Below, piece after piece: positions 1 through 12,134 of a DNA stretch of 64,000 bases. A program made the translations under genes and the position numbers. The DNA lies in assembly GCA_002189035.1 (NCBI GenBank), contig CM007990.1:1-64000 (forward strand). The letters run 5' to 3'. Source of the DNA: Utricularia gibba (taxonomy: Eukaryota; Plantae; Magnoliophyta). How positions within the stretch are numbered: the first letter of the stretch is position 1; every line of letters begins with the position of its first letter. The notes beneath the pieces were generated by a model. The model had not been told where the DNA came from. It made no database searches and was given only the letters and a program-made list of their open reading frames with translations.

Positions 1-1128
1 TAAACCCTAAACCCTAAACCCTAAACCCTAAACCCTAAACCCTAAACCCTAAACCCTAAACCCTAAACCCTAAACCCTAAACCCTAAACCCTAAACCCTA
101 AACCCTAAACCCTAAACCCTAAACCCTAAACCCTAAACCCTAAACCCTAAACCCTAAACCCTAAACCTAAACCCTAAACCCTAAACCCTAAACCCCCTAA
201 ACCCTAAACCCTAAACCCTAAACCCTAAACCCTAACCCTAACCCTAAACCCTAAACCCTAAAAACCCTAAACCCTAAACCCTAAACCCTAAACCCTAAAC
301 CCTAAAACCCTAAAACCCTAAACCCTAAACCCTAAACCCTAAACCCTAAACCCTGAACCCTAAACCCTTAAACCCTAAACCCTAAACCCTAAACCCTAAA
401 CCCTAAACCCTAAACCCTAAACCCTAAACCCTAAACCCTAAACCCTAAACCCTAAACCCTAAAAACCCTAAACCCTAAACCCTAAACCCTAAACCCTAAA
501 CCCTAAACCCTAAACCCTAAACCCTGAACCCTAAACCCTAAACCCTAAACCCTAAACCCTAAACCTGAACCCTGAACCCTGAACCCTAAACCCTAAACCC
601 TAAACCCTAAACCCTAAACCCTAAACCCTAAACCCTAAAACCCTAAACCCTAAACCCTAAACCCTAAACCCTAAACCCTAAACCCTAAACCCTAAACCCT
701 AAACCCTAAACCCTAAACCCTAAACCCTGAACCCTAAACCCTGAACCCTAAACCCTAAACCCTAAACCCTAAAACCTGAACCCTAAACCCTAAACCCTAA
801 ACCTAAACCCTGAACCCTAAAACCCTAAACCCTGAACCCTGAACCCTAAACCTGAACCCTGAACCCTAAACCCTAAACCCTAAACCCTAAACCCTAACCC
901 TAACCCTAAACCTAAACCCTAAACCCTGAACCCTAAACCCTAAACCTAAACCCTAAACCCTAAACCCTAAACCCTAAACCCTGAACCCTAAACCCTAAAC
1001 CCTAAACCCTAAACCCTAACCCTAACCCTAAACCCTAAACCCTAAACCCTAAGTCCTTAACCCTAAACCCTAAACCCTTAACCCTAAACCCTAAACCCTA
1101 AACCCTAATCCTAAACCCTTATCCCTAG
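1..1128. repeat. Telomeric array, Arabidopsis-type (CCCTAAA)n = (TTTAGGG)n, at the left chromosome end, with variant units
   Basis: The window opens with tandem CCCTAAA, C-rich on +, as expected for a left end. It is pure for about the first 165 nt. After that come CCCTGAA, CCTGAA, CCTAAA, CCCTAA and CCCTAAAA variants, and it degenerates after about 1050. Confidence 0.99.
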
Positions 1129-2595
1129 CCGTAAAGCCAAAACATTAAACGCGAACTCCTACCCACTGAACCCGAAGGCGTAAATCGAGATTTCTTTCGC
1201 TTGAACATGCAAGCCCACCCTGTTGATTTGCTAAACGCCGAGGGATACCTGAGCTATGTATCAGGCTATGAACACTTTTGCTGGGTTCACCGATGGAGAA
1301 TACTCGGAGCTTTTACTCACTCGGGCAGCCATGGTCATGCGTGGCCAAGAGGGCCCACTTGGAGACTTGGGGGATCTCTTTCTGAGTTGCTCCTACGGAA
1401 CCAATTTCGAAAAGATTGGAAAAATCAGTCATTCACAACCACTGATGAAGGATGCTTCGAAATCCCCCCGCGAAGACAGGTTCTGGAGATTCTCAATCGA
1501 GGGAGGAATAGTGCGGGAAGGGAGCGAGACCAAGCCGAGCCACTAGGTTTGAGCTTGAACGAAATGATGCTTTTCCCCTAACCCCACAAGGTTCTGATAC
1601 GGAGCTTTACCTATGTCTCGGCGTTGAACGGCGATGATCTACGTTTCACGCGGCGACGATTCAAAAGGATTGATTCATAACATGAGGGCTTTGATTACAA
1701 AGAGACCTCTCCAGTATCAATTCATCTAACAATAGCCACGTGTATTTGAAAAACCAAAAAGAGAAAAGTAGATTCCCCATTTCCGAACACACATCGAATC
1801 CTGAAAAGATATCACAAGATGAAGCTGGAGCAGACTGGATGCGAAAATTGCGATCGTAATCGAGTTATTGAAACTCAGATAGGTGCTCCATCATACGATG
1901 AAGTCCATGAAAATTTGAAAACAGAACGGATTGCGGAATGAAACTTGATACATAATTTCAAACAAACCGACGGACTGCTGCTACCGATTTGCTTTTAGAA
2001 CATTGAAACTTGCTCTACCTCGTAGAGTGTGGATTGTTTTTCACACTATTCTATAGGTCCAACTAGTTATTTAGAAATAATAATTATTTATAGCAAGCAT
2101 TTATTTAGAAATTTTAATTTTTTCACTAATCATAAACTATGATATCAAACAAATGTATTTTATAATTTATTTAATATATCATATTTTATTATTTTAAAAT
2201 TTTAGTCTACGACGTTTGTGTCCATTTTTGTAACGGATAATTTAAGTGTGTCATAAATAAACAGCATCGACCTACGGAAAATGCAAATCAAAATTCATGT
2301 ATAAACCCAATGGCAACCGCAAAAGAGAGGATACGTTTTAATATTCATGCAGTCTGCAGCATAGCGTGAAATATATTGAAATCCTGCATTTGAAATTCGA
2401 ATGGAAGAAAATGGATCATTCTTCAAAAGCACATTTTTACATTACAACCCTAACACCATGGGCATGGGAAGGCTTCGCTTCGCATCAATCAACCAATTAT
2501 ATCTATCCACGAGTCCAAATTGGAAGTCGGTTGTAACGGAAGCTTTTTTATTGCAATTTCTGAATGTTTTCCTCTCGCCGATAATTATTCCCTAA

Positions 2596-3144
2596 CTACC
2601 ACCGGCACCGGCGAGGGGCATCCCACAGGCGCACAACACTGCCGTTCAGCACCGTGGGATCTTGCCATCGGTACCAATCCAACTCCCCCACTTTCATTCT
2701 CATCACCGTCGTTTTCTCCCAATCGCAGCAGATCAACTCCAGCTGATGATGGCTTAGGCCAACGAATTCCTCTTCTTCTGCATCTCCTTCTGTTTCCTTG
2801 ATATCGCCCTCGTTCTTGTCATAATACGTGGCAGTAAACTTCAATTTTGTGCTGCCTTGTCGAGCCAAAAGTGGTTTCCCAATCGTCTGCGGAGACACCA
2901 GAAGGCGCTCATCCGGTCCCAGAGCAAGACGCGGAGCCGGAAGTTGTGCGGACTCCAAGGCGTCACGGGCGGGCCAAAGAGGCTCCGGCTCCCGCAATGA
3001 AATTGATCTGATTCTCCAGTAGCTTAAGGCGGCTGTAATAAAAGCCACCCAAGCCCATATACTGTTGATGGCTGATGTGAAGCCGTAGGACAAGTAGTCA
3101 AGAGCAAGAGCTTCTGACGCTGAAGCTAATGCCAGGATGCTCAT
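2596..3144 (-). CDS. Uncharacterised single-exon plant transmembrane protein (At5g20790/At3g43110-like), 182 aa
   Basis: ATG at 3144 (MSILAL...). N-terminal EALALDYLSYGF..NSIWAWVAFITAALSYWRIR and C-terminal WYRWQDPTVLNGSVVRLWD match my recall of this plant family. Confidence 0.8.
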   Translation of the reverse strand: MSILALASASEALALDYLSYGFTSAINSIWAWVAFITAALSYWRIRSISLREPEPLWPARDALESAQLPAPRLALGPDERLLVSPQTIGKPLLARQGSTKLKFTATYYDKNEGDIKETEGDAEEEEFVGLSHHQLELICCDWEKTTVMRMKVGELDWYRWQDPTVLNGSVVRLWDAPRRCRW

Positions 3145-3649
3145 TCTCCTCCTCAACTACTGCTCAGAGGTTGAATTGGGGGTTTTAAATAACCATGTGG
3201 TGAACGAGGTGGAATATCAGGGTAGATTCCGGGGATCCAATAGGAAGATGCGAATTTTCCCTTTGGAGCTTAGCGGCTGAATGGTATGTCTGAGTATGTG
3301 TTTGGGCCTTGCAGATTTAACTTGTATAGCTCCCGCAACGTAAGACTGGTTTTATTATTGAGTCTACACAACAGACCAGACGGATGTGCTAGATTTCGTA
3401 ATCGCAGTGGCACATTTCGGACCATAAAAACCAAGATCATGCAATCCCTCGATTTTCGTAATCCACAAACAAAAAAAGGATATTCCTACTCCATCCTTCC
3501 AATTGTCCGTCCAATGCGAAACCTCGTAACTGCAGCACACTGAATGTCATCCCAATACAACTACGAGCCTCCGTCTTCTTCTCTTATTTTTCTCTCCGAG
3601 TCGGGACATATATTGCACAAACATGTGGTAATTATTACAGGGTAATTGA

Positions 3650-4815
3650 TGGAGTTTTGCCATCAATGCCCAGCGCCCCAGTTGAATCTCTCTAAACTTC
3701 CCAAGGTTGGGCCTCGGAGTCCGTCCAGATTTTTGGTATTTGGGTTGCCGGTTATTCTCGTCGTTTTATTGACTACGCTTTTCCTCCTTGTAACCTACTA
3801 TTTCACAAGGAAGCTGTAGTATTCGGAGGTGATGGAAAATTGGGAACTAGACTACGTATCTCATAGATTCAAATACAAAGATTTGTATGACGCCACCAAA
3901 GGCTTTAAAGACGTGCAATAATTGGGATCAGGAGGATTTGGGAAAGTTTCACGAGTCAAGCCAAGGGATCAAAGAATTTGTAGCTGAAATATTTAGCATT
4001 GGGCGTCTTCGTCACCGAAATCTAGTACCTTTGCTAGGCTATTGCAGACGACATGGAGAATTCCTTTTGGTGTATGAGTATATGCCCAACGGGAGTTTGG
4101 ACAAACATCTTCATAGCGGATCAAACTCCAACCTCAACTGGGCACAAAGATTTCATATTATAAAAGGCGTGGCATGTGGACTTGTTTACCTTCATGAAGA
4201 ATTGGAACAAGTTGTGATCCATAGGTACATAAAACCTAGCAACGTGCTGTTAGATGAGAAATGGAATGCAAGATTGGATGACTTTGGCCTCGCAAGACTA
4301 CATGATCATGGCTCTGACGCATCAACCACGAGCATAGGATTGTCGGAACTCTAGGCTATCTTGCACCAGAGCAAACGCAGACAGGCAGGGCCACCAAGAG
4401 CAGTGATGTGTATGGTTTTGGTGCCTTGTTACTCGAAGTTGCAACTGGTAGGCGACCCATAGGATTCGAAACATCGCTAGCAGACTGGGTTCATTCTATG
4501 TGGATTAAAAATGAAATGCTACGTGCCATGGATCCAAAGTTGAACGGTGAGTTCCCTAGGGATGAAGCGGAGTTGACGTTGAAACTTGGATTGATGCGTT
4601 CTTACCTTCGGCCTGAGGTTCGGCCAAGCATGAGAGACATTGTGGCGTATTTCGAGGATCCATCAACATTGCAAGTACAGGAGTTTTCCATTCCTCGGGA
4701 CATCTCGTATTCCCATGGATTTAACCAAGTTCCTCCACTGTTCCTGTCGCCGACATCGATTAGCACCTCGGGGGCTTTCTCCATTTCAAGTTCGCTTGTT
4801 GCTGGAGGTCGATGA
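3650..4815 (+). pseudogene. L-type lectin receptor kinase (LecRK clade IV-like) pseudogene with no lectin domain
   Basis: Reads WSFAIN..LNLSKLPK, a TM helix, then [24 protein letters not shown]. In-frame stops are TAG 3817-3819 and TAA 3919-3921. Subdomain I-II is deleted after [11 protein letters not shown] has become HRY, and there is a frameshift before [10 protein letters not shown] (~4340). Confidence 0.93.
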
Positions 4816-5353
4816 GAACATAAATTCAAGTATCACGTTGCCTAGAGAAGCCGATTTCCGAATGGTAGAAACGGGGGCTCAAAAGATAGGAAATGTATTC
4901 TGGGTGGCCGCAGCCGCATGCTTCACCAATAAATAGTTGATGCCTACAGTTTACGAATTCCCATGTGTTTTTTTTTTTTTTTTTTTGACGAAGCCCTGAT
5001 CTCAAAAGAAGGGAATTATATAGTAGAATGAAGTTTTCCTGGGGTGAGAGCGAAATTGAGAGGTCACCATGATTAGAACCACTCACCTGTTAGTTGAGCT
5101 AATAAATGAAATGTGCGTGGTTAGAGGCTGTTTATCTTTTGTTAGTGTGAGGCCAAAAAGGAAAGGGCTATGGTGTAAAAAAATTTTATCTGTATGGGAT
5201 GATGATATGATCTACAATAATAAATGCCCACCTCTTTCATTGACGACTTTGGGTCATCTCTTGAATTCATTTCTACCCCCTGGAAATCACCTCTTTCATC
5301 CCCTGTGTTGTGTAGCGTTGGCAGGGGATTATCTTTCCCCTGGAAGTTTCCTC

Positions 5354-5361
5354 TATAAATA
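5354..5361 (+). promoter_or_regulatory. TATA box of the SDR gene
   Basis: CTATAAATAG about 65 nt upstream of the ATG at 5424, followed by a CT-rich leader. Confidence 0.65.
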
Positions 5362-5423
5362 GAACACGGGGGCCTTTCTTTTTTCTTCTTTCTTTCACCA
5401 GGCTGGCTTCTTTTCCTAAAAGG

Positions 5424-7989
5424 ATGCTGAGGTTGGTCACCGGAATCCCGGGACCAAGCGGCTTCGGATCAGCTTCCACCGCGGAACAGGTTACTCAGGG
5501 GATTGACGCTTCCACTCTCACTGCCATAATCACCGGTAAGATATTCTTTCTAATTCATTCATTAACATAAACCGATTCCGCGTGTAGTGTGTAATATCAG
5601 TCGTCGTCCTCTATTCTATGCTCCATTGACTAGACAGTAGATACGGACTGGAGGAGTGTTGGATCTCACAGCATATACATATATGTTTTTTTTTATCCCA
5701 AGTACACATGGGTACAGGAGTGGAAAATAATATCCCCGAGTTGACATGATTTATACTACCATTCTTTTTGTTGGATCTATAGATACGATTGCCATTGAAA
5801 AAAAAATATAGATACTATTTGATATCTAAATCTTATATCCGAGAATATGTGACTGACATTTAAAAATAATGTTGCCCTAATCAGTACGAGGTTACAAAGG
5901 AAAGGAAAGCCACCAATATGTGGGGTAGGATAGGACTCAACTTAATGTGTGGGACTTAAAAAAACAATCCGTAACTGTTTCACAGCCGCCCAACGCATAT
6001 GCTGATACTACTAGTAGTACTGTTGGCCTTGGGCGATCCCACCCACTTAAACAACAGTTTTGGAAACAAGGGTACTGTTGAGCTTGCAGGTTTTTTTTTT
6101 TTTTTTTTTCTATTAGATAAGGAGTCTTGGATCGTGACAGAGTGTATTTTCCAAAATCAGTAGAGGGGGGAGTTGTACTATGTATTGAAAAAAAAGTATT
6201 ATATACGTATATATACTTGAGCTCAAAAGCCTACTGAAGGTTATTTCTTAAACAACGCGACGTTGTAAAGGTGATGGTGGAATTAGGAGCATCCTTCCTC
6301 CCATTGATGGTTATTTTGTAAAAATAAATACAAACAAAATAAGTTGGTGCCAGGAATTAAGAGTAGAGAGCGAAGGATAATGATATTTGAGATGGACATA
6401 ATTGGCCATGACAACACACTACAAGGATTGAATTTATTGCACCATGTTACTTGGCATCTACAGCTTTTCCTTCTCTGTCAAGTATCATCTCACGATGATC
6501 CATCCATCGTCGAAAGAAAGGAAAGGTAGTCATTTAGAACAGCCGAATTCTATTATACCATCAAATCTTGAACCTCTCCTGCCCTGTCCCTGTTTGATTT
6601 CTGGTAGATATACTTTTCAAGGGAGAATTTCTAGGGGAATCGTGAATGTGACTAATGGTTTCTAATTTAGGCGGTGCAAGTGGGATAGGATTGGAGACAG
6701 CAAGAGTTTTGGCACAAAGAAAAGCTCATGTCATCATCGGGGCTAGAAATATGGAAGCTGCAAATGAAGCAAAGCAGCTAATTCTCAACGATAACAAGGA
6801 TGCGCGGATTGCTGTGCTCAAACTCGACTTGAATTCACTCAACTCCATCAAAACCTTTGCAGAAAATTTCATAGCTCTTAATCTCCCTCTCAACATCTTA
6901 ATGTAGGCGACAATGTATATTCATTCGTTTTTTTCATCCACTCCACCAAGATCAGAATGACTAGTGCTAGTTGTTGCAGAAACAATGCTGGGGTCATGTT
7001 CTGCCCTTTTCAGCTCTCTGAAGATGGGATTGAGACCCATTTCGCTACGAATCATATCGGTAACAACACATTTCTGCACAGCAATTCTTTTTCACACATC
7101 TCTGGACTGCATTCTTTGCTCTCATGACTTCGTTTCTGCAGGTCACTTCTACTTGACCAACCTTCTTATAGGCAAGATGAAGGAGACCGCTAAAAGTTCT
7201 GGGGTTGAGGGTAGAATTGTAAACGTCTCATCTGTAGCTCACGTCTACACTTACCAGGGTGGTATTATCTTCGATAAGATTAATGATGGAAGCAGGTCTT
7301 GTTCGTGTTGCCATTTCTTTCCTACAAGCTACTGGCATAGCATCAATTCGGGATCCCAGTTTAGGTTTGATGTTTGGTTTGCAGATATGACGAGAAGAAG
7401 GCCTATGGTCAGTCCAAATTAGCAAACATTCTGCATGCAAACGAGCTCTCCCGTAGACTAAAGGTAGGAAGCAGGTTCAGTCATCTTTGTTCTGGTCTGG
7501 TGTTGATTGGATCTCCTCTGCACTCGCAGGAGGAAGGCGTGGATATTACTGCAAACTCCGTGCATCCAGGTCTAATAATGACCAGTCTGTTCAAGCACAA
7601 ATCCTGGATGAGTGCGTACCACATAACACAACCTTTTTTCATGCAAGAGAACCCAAACATGAAATAAAAGCAAATTTTGTGGTGCAGAAATTGTGATGCT
7701 CTTAAGCTTCTGTCTGTGGAAAAATGTCCCCCAGGTATGCAAAACTGTGGCATAGATTTTCTTTCCCATTTGATTCGTTGGTTGGTTGATTGATAGGTTA
7801 TTCATCCAGGGAGCGGCCACGACATGCTACGTCGCGCTTCACCCTGGAATAAAAGGAGTAACTGGAAAATACTTCGCGGACTGCAACTTTGCCACGAGAA
7901 GCCAGATGGCAAAGGACCAAGTTCTGGGCGAGGAATTGTGGGAATACAGCAACAAGTTGATCCACGAAGCAGATAAATCCCACAACTAA
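5424..7989 (+). CDS. Short-chain dehydrogenase/reductase, TIC32-like (8 exons)
   Basis: Exon 1 (5424-5535, [24 protein letters not shown]) is missing from the ORF track. It splices to 6671, giving TGGASGIG. Also NNAG, catalytic YGQSK, VHPG and [23 protein letters not shown] borders checked by eye. Confidence 0.95.
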
Positions 7990-8134
7990 AATGTTCCAAC
8001 CACCTTTTATTTCTTCCTTCCATCAACCCCCATTCGATTGTTTAATTATAAATCTTTGGGCTTGACTTGAACGATGGGATAATAATGATTCAGACATCGG
8101 GGAATATCTGTTCAGAAACAAAGAGCTTAACTTC

Positions 8135-10423
8135 TCACGGATTCCTGGAACCCAGAAGGCGACCAAAAATTGGCAAAGCCTCTTCGAATTTATGGATTCT
8201 GAGGAACCCTTTTATCATATCTCTATCGCCATCAGAAAATCGTGCTTTCTCCATAACCTTGTCAATGAGATTTACTAGAGTTTCTTCCATGTTCAGAGCA
8301 CACAGACCTTGGGCCAGGATATAGAACGAAGAAAATTCTGGGAGATAGCCCTTCGTAGTCATTTCAAACGCAAAGTCAATCGCTTCTCTGATGGGGCCAC
8401 CGCCAGAACAGAGTCCTCGAAAAGCAATTCTGTACGATGTAGCATCAGGAGGCTCAGCTGTCTCCTCCATTTCCCTGAAAAGCCTCATAGCTTCTGCGTT
8501 TTTCTTCCTTATGAAGAGTGACCTAAGTATCGCATTGTAGGCCTGTGGAGTCACACTTAATCCCTTCATCTGGATACTTTTAAGTAGCCTCATACCGACC
8601 TCAGTTCTACCAGCTTTACAAAGCCCTTGGATCAGCGTTCCGTAAGTCACAGCATCTGGTTCACAATTATTTGATGTCATCTTCTGCACAGTGTCAGCTG
8701 CATTCTTAATATCCCCCACTTTACAGAAGTAAGCAAGGAAAGAGTTATAAGTGAACTTGTCAGGTTTTAGACCTTCAGTTATCATTTGGTCCATCAGAAG
8801 AGAGGCATCTTCTAACCTGTTGCATTTGCAAAGGCCATCAATGAGTGTGTTGTATGTGACCATATCTCGGGATAATCCTTGCAGTTCCATCTGATCAAAT
8901 ATCTCCTCCGCTTCTTCAATTTTCTTTCTCTTGCAGAAGCCAGCGATCATGGTATTGTAGGTTATGACACTTCTCGGACACCCACTTGATTCCATATCCT
9001 TGAGAAGTTTCATAGCTTCACCAAACTTGCCTTTTGCACAAAGAGTGTCCAATAAAATGTTGTAGGTAAATTCATCTGGTTTGCACCCTCTAGGCTTCAT
9101 CTCCGATAGGAAATCCATAGCCTTAGTAAAGTTCCCCGTTAAGCACAGGCTCTGTATTAAAGTGTTAAATGTATACAATTCAGGAAGAATACCATTGCAT
9201 CCCAAAACAAGAGCGAGCTGAGTAGCCTCTTGCACTCGATTTTCTTTGCAGAGGATGCTGATTATCGCATTATATGTGGCCGCATTAGGAGAGCAATCTC
9301 TTGAGAGCATATGCTCCATGACTTCCATGGCCATACCAACATCACTTTTTTTGCAGAAAGCAGATATGATAGCGTTGTATGAATAAATATCAGGGTCAAA
9401 GCCCTCCTGGAGCATCAAATCCAAAACCTCTAAGGCATGATCCGCGTGTCCCTCTTTGCATAACCCACATATCAAGGTAGTGAATGTAAGGTTATCTGGA
9501 CAAAACCCACGTCCAACCATCTCCTGCACAAACTTCAGAGCCCCCGCAATATTTCCCTGTTTGCAAAACCCGTCAATCAAGACATTTATAGCACTATTAT
9601 TGCACGGACATTGAACCGCTACCATTTGTTCTCTAAGTCTCAAGGCGCCCTCAAGGTCTCCGATTTCAATATATGCCTGCGTTATTATAGACACAGTCTC
9701 CTCATCCGGAACCAAATTATACTGCGACATCTCCTCCATCAACAGAATAGCGGTCCTGATTTGGTGAACCTTACAAAGTGCTTTTATCAGTAAATTGTAC
9801 GTCAAAACATCGGGATTCACACCATTTTGACGCATCAATGAATGCAAAGATTCTACAAGAATCAATTTACTTTCATCAACGAGAATATTCAGCAAGAAGT
9901 TATAGGTTTGAGTACCTGGGCTTAGTCCAAACTCTTTTTTCATTAACTCAATAACGCCAAAAGCTTCATCATACATCCCAAATTTCGCATAACTGTCTAT
10001 CAAGTTCCGGAATATACGGTCAACAGCCTCCACTTCAGAACGTTTCATTTCATCCAAAACCTGCTTTACCGAATCAAAACAACCCATATTCCCAAGCTTA
10101 AGAATAAGCTCCTCAAAAATAGGCAAATTAGGAGAAAAATGTGGCTGCTTCATGGCCCAGAGGAAGAGCCGAAAACCGGATGCTCCATCCTCCTGTGAAC
10201 GAAGGGTCTCCAGGAATTGTTCAGTTGTGAAACCCGGTGAAAGAGAGATACCTGAACGGCTTGGGGAAACGGCACATAGGACAGTCGACGGCTGGTTATT
10301 TAGGGGAACTGGAGATGAGGTTAGGTTTGGGCGGCTAGACACCGGGTTACAAAGAAACGGGCGGTGGAGAGAGTGAATAGCCGGCGTGTTTGTGTACCAT
10401 TTCAGGCAAGAATTGAGAGCCAT
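8135..10423 (-). CDS. MEE40: P-class pentatricopeptide repeat protein, chloroplast-type, MEE40 (At3g53700)-like, 762 aa, intronless
   Basis: Uninterrupted ORF with many 35-aa P repeats, a transit-like N-terminus and C-terminal GLCSGGGPIREAIDFAFEM..KGYLPEFSSF. Confidence 0.92.
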   Translation of the reverse strand: MALNSCLKWYTNTPAIHSLHRPFLCNPVSSRPNLTSSPVPLNNQPSTVLCAVSPSRSGISLSPGFTTEQFLETLRSQEDGASGFRLFLWAMKQPHFSPNLPIFEELILKLGNMGCFDSVKQVLDEMKRSEVEAVDRIFRNLIDSYAKFGMYDEAFGVIELMKKEFGLSPGTQTYNFLLNILVDESKLILVESLHSLMRQNGVNPDVLTYNLLIKALCKVHQIRTAILLMEEMSQYNLVPDEETVSIITQAYIEIGDLEGALRLREQMVAVQCPCNNSAINVLIDGFCKQGNIAGALKFVQEMVGRGFCPDNLTFTTLICGLCKEGHADHALEVLDLMLQEGFDPDIYSYNAIISAFCKKSDVGMAMEVMEHMLSRDCSPNAATYNAIISILCKENRVQEATQLALVLGCNGILPELYTFNTLIQSLCLTGNFTKAMDFLSEMKPRGCKPDEFTYNILLDTLCAKGKFGEAMKLLKDMESSGCPRSVITYNTMIAGFCKRKKIEEAEEIFDQMELQGLSRDMVTYNTLIDGLCKCNRLEDASLLMDQMITEGLKPDKFTYNSFLAYFCKVGDIKNAADTVQKMTSNNCEPDAVTYGTLIQGLCKAGRTEVGMRLLKSIQMKGLSVTPQAYNAILRSLFIRKKNAEAMRLFREMEETAEPPDATSYRIAFRGLCSGGGPIREAIDFAFEMTTKGYLPEFSSFYILAQGLCALNMEETLVNLIDKVMEKARFSDGDRDMIKGFLRIHKFEEALPIFGRLLGSRNP

Positions 10424-10590
10424 GACTCATTCAAAAACCAGCTTGAGCTCGAGGACTACTGACCAAAAGTCATACGAGAATGGAAGAAAGAGGGTGATCC
10501 CAGCCCTCACATTTGATTCAGAGAGGATCGGTTAGCAGGGCTTGCTCGTTTAGCTGATGGCGTTGGCAGTTTCTTGTTGGGTCTGGATAA

Positions 10591-10619
10591 GGCCCATTAA
10601 TTACCAAATTCCTGGCCCA
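10591..10619 (-). promoter_or_regulatory. Two site II elements (TGGGCC) upstream of MEE40
   Basis: GGCCCA at 10591-10596 and 10614-10619, about 170-195 nt upstream of the ATG. Confidence 0.5.
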
Positions 10620-11669
10620 ATATGTTTATTTTTAAGGCATTGTTGCTGGTTGGTATTAAGTATTGAAAAGGAATAGTTTTAATCTTGTTGGTCAAGTTTC
10701 GGTCATTAGTTTGAATTCAGCTGTTGTATTTGACCTTATCAGTTGCACCATTTAGGCAGTATCGTACAAACGTAGATGCAAAACACAAAGTAAACTAATG
10801 AAACGAAGCTACTATTGGTCCCGGGTGTGAATGTGGACAGAATTCAATACAATACCTGTGAGTTGGTTTGAGAAATAGGGGTTATGGCAGCGCCTTGGTC
10901 CAAAACTTGGTTTAAGAAATGAGAGGATGACAAGAGTTGGACCACACCAAGTTCAAAAAGCAACAAAAAGTTGACTGCGGCGGTTGTACTATTTTTCTGC
11001 GTATGCTACAGCACAGTGTGATTTTTTTTTTTTATTTGACTCCCAGCCTCACAATGAAGCACAGTTGGCCCTCAACTGTGGTTTGGACTGGAGCATGCCA
11101 AGTTTGTTTGGTGTGATTTAAGAATGCAAGCCCTCAATTGTTTTTTCGACAAGTACGAAAATCATGAACGAGTAGGTTGGAATGGTAGGCACTGCAGCTA
11201 AACGGCTCTAGCCGTGAGAGGTCGTTATGTAACAGTACCGCTATGGGACGCATAGCCTATGCAAACGCGTATCAGATAAGCTTTTGTTGATCCGTTCAGC
11301 ACATGTGAAAACTGAAACAAGATCAGCTCCTGGGATGCTGCCTAGTAATCAATCGTTCCTTTAGGTCAGAGTAAAACGACGAGCTTGTATATGTGGTTTC
11401 GGGACTGTGGAATTCTTGAGATTTTCATGACCATGATGTTGATATTTATTTTTTCAGAGGGTTAGTAGTCGAGTTATCTGAGGAGTGAGCTTAACTTGAA
11501 AATAAGGCAGAATTGCATACGAGAAAGCGAAAGTAGGATACACCCATAGACATTACACGCACACAGAGAGATCGAGAAAATTGAAAGAAAAACGAACCGG
11601 CGAGTGCGGTTGAGGAGATTGAAATCAGGAAGGAGTAGAGTGATTCACATCAGAAGCAGAAGGAACCCA

Positions 11670-11915
11670 TTACAGCTGAGTAGCTAACCGACTCGGCGGC
11701 GGCTGCATTTCTTCATCGACGGAGGGCTTAGGTGGTGGGAGGGGAATGCCTCCAGCTTTTGTGGGAACTGTTACCTGCTGCTTGGGAGTAGGAGTAGTGA
11801 GGAGGACGTCATCGGGATGGCCGGACCTCGTGGAGAGATCGTCCGTGAGGAACAGAAAGCTCTGCGATGGGCGGCGCTGGTGAAGGCTTTTGGTCTTGCG
11901 CTGGGGTTGAGACAT
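11670..11915 (-). CDS. Hypothetical 81-aa proline-rich small protein
   Basis: True ATG at 11915. It has an HQRRPSQS motif and a Pro-rich tail. Upstream is a CT/AAC-microsatellite-rich region that looks like a leader. No family recognised with certainty. Confidence 0.45.
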   Translation of the reverse strand: MSQPQRKTKSLHQRRPSQSFLFLTDDLSTRSGHPDDVLLTTPTPKQQVTVPTKAGGIPLPPPKPSVDEEMQPPPSRLATQL

Positions 11916-12134
11916 TTTTCCCTTGTTTTTTTTCTTTGAAATTGTTGGCTTAAATGGTTGGTTGGGTTGGGGGTATTATTTATAGGCAAGAAGTTGGGTT
12001 GGGGCAGACAGTTAATGGTCATTAATTCGAATCCAAGCTCATCCAAAGGTGTCTTTGTGTGTGGAACAGTGGAAGTGAACGATTCAACCTTCATTCAAAA
12101 CACAAAAACAAAAGGCAAAATTATATTATTGGTA

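Noticed and set aside
1-1128. CRISPR-like or other spacer array
   Set aside because: It is a plain tandem 7-mer telomere with no unique spacers, in a eukaryotic context.
1201-1680. Overlapping ORFs in the subtelomere, and a minus-strand LRR-like snippet (TIPPSIENLQNL)
   Set aside because: I recognise no domain, the single LRR-like phrase is flanked by stops, and there is no coherent gene model.
1780-2070. DNA-transposon-like sequence with hairpin CTCTAC-ctc-GTAGAG (2013-2027) and CTAG (2063), a possible Helitron end
   Set aside because: The hairpin-to-CTAG spacing of about 35 nt is too long, and I found no TIR or TSD. A repeat-library search is needed.
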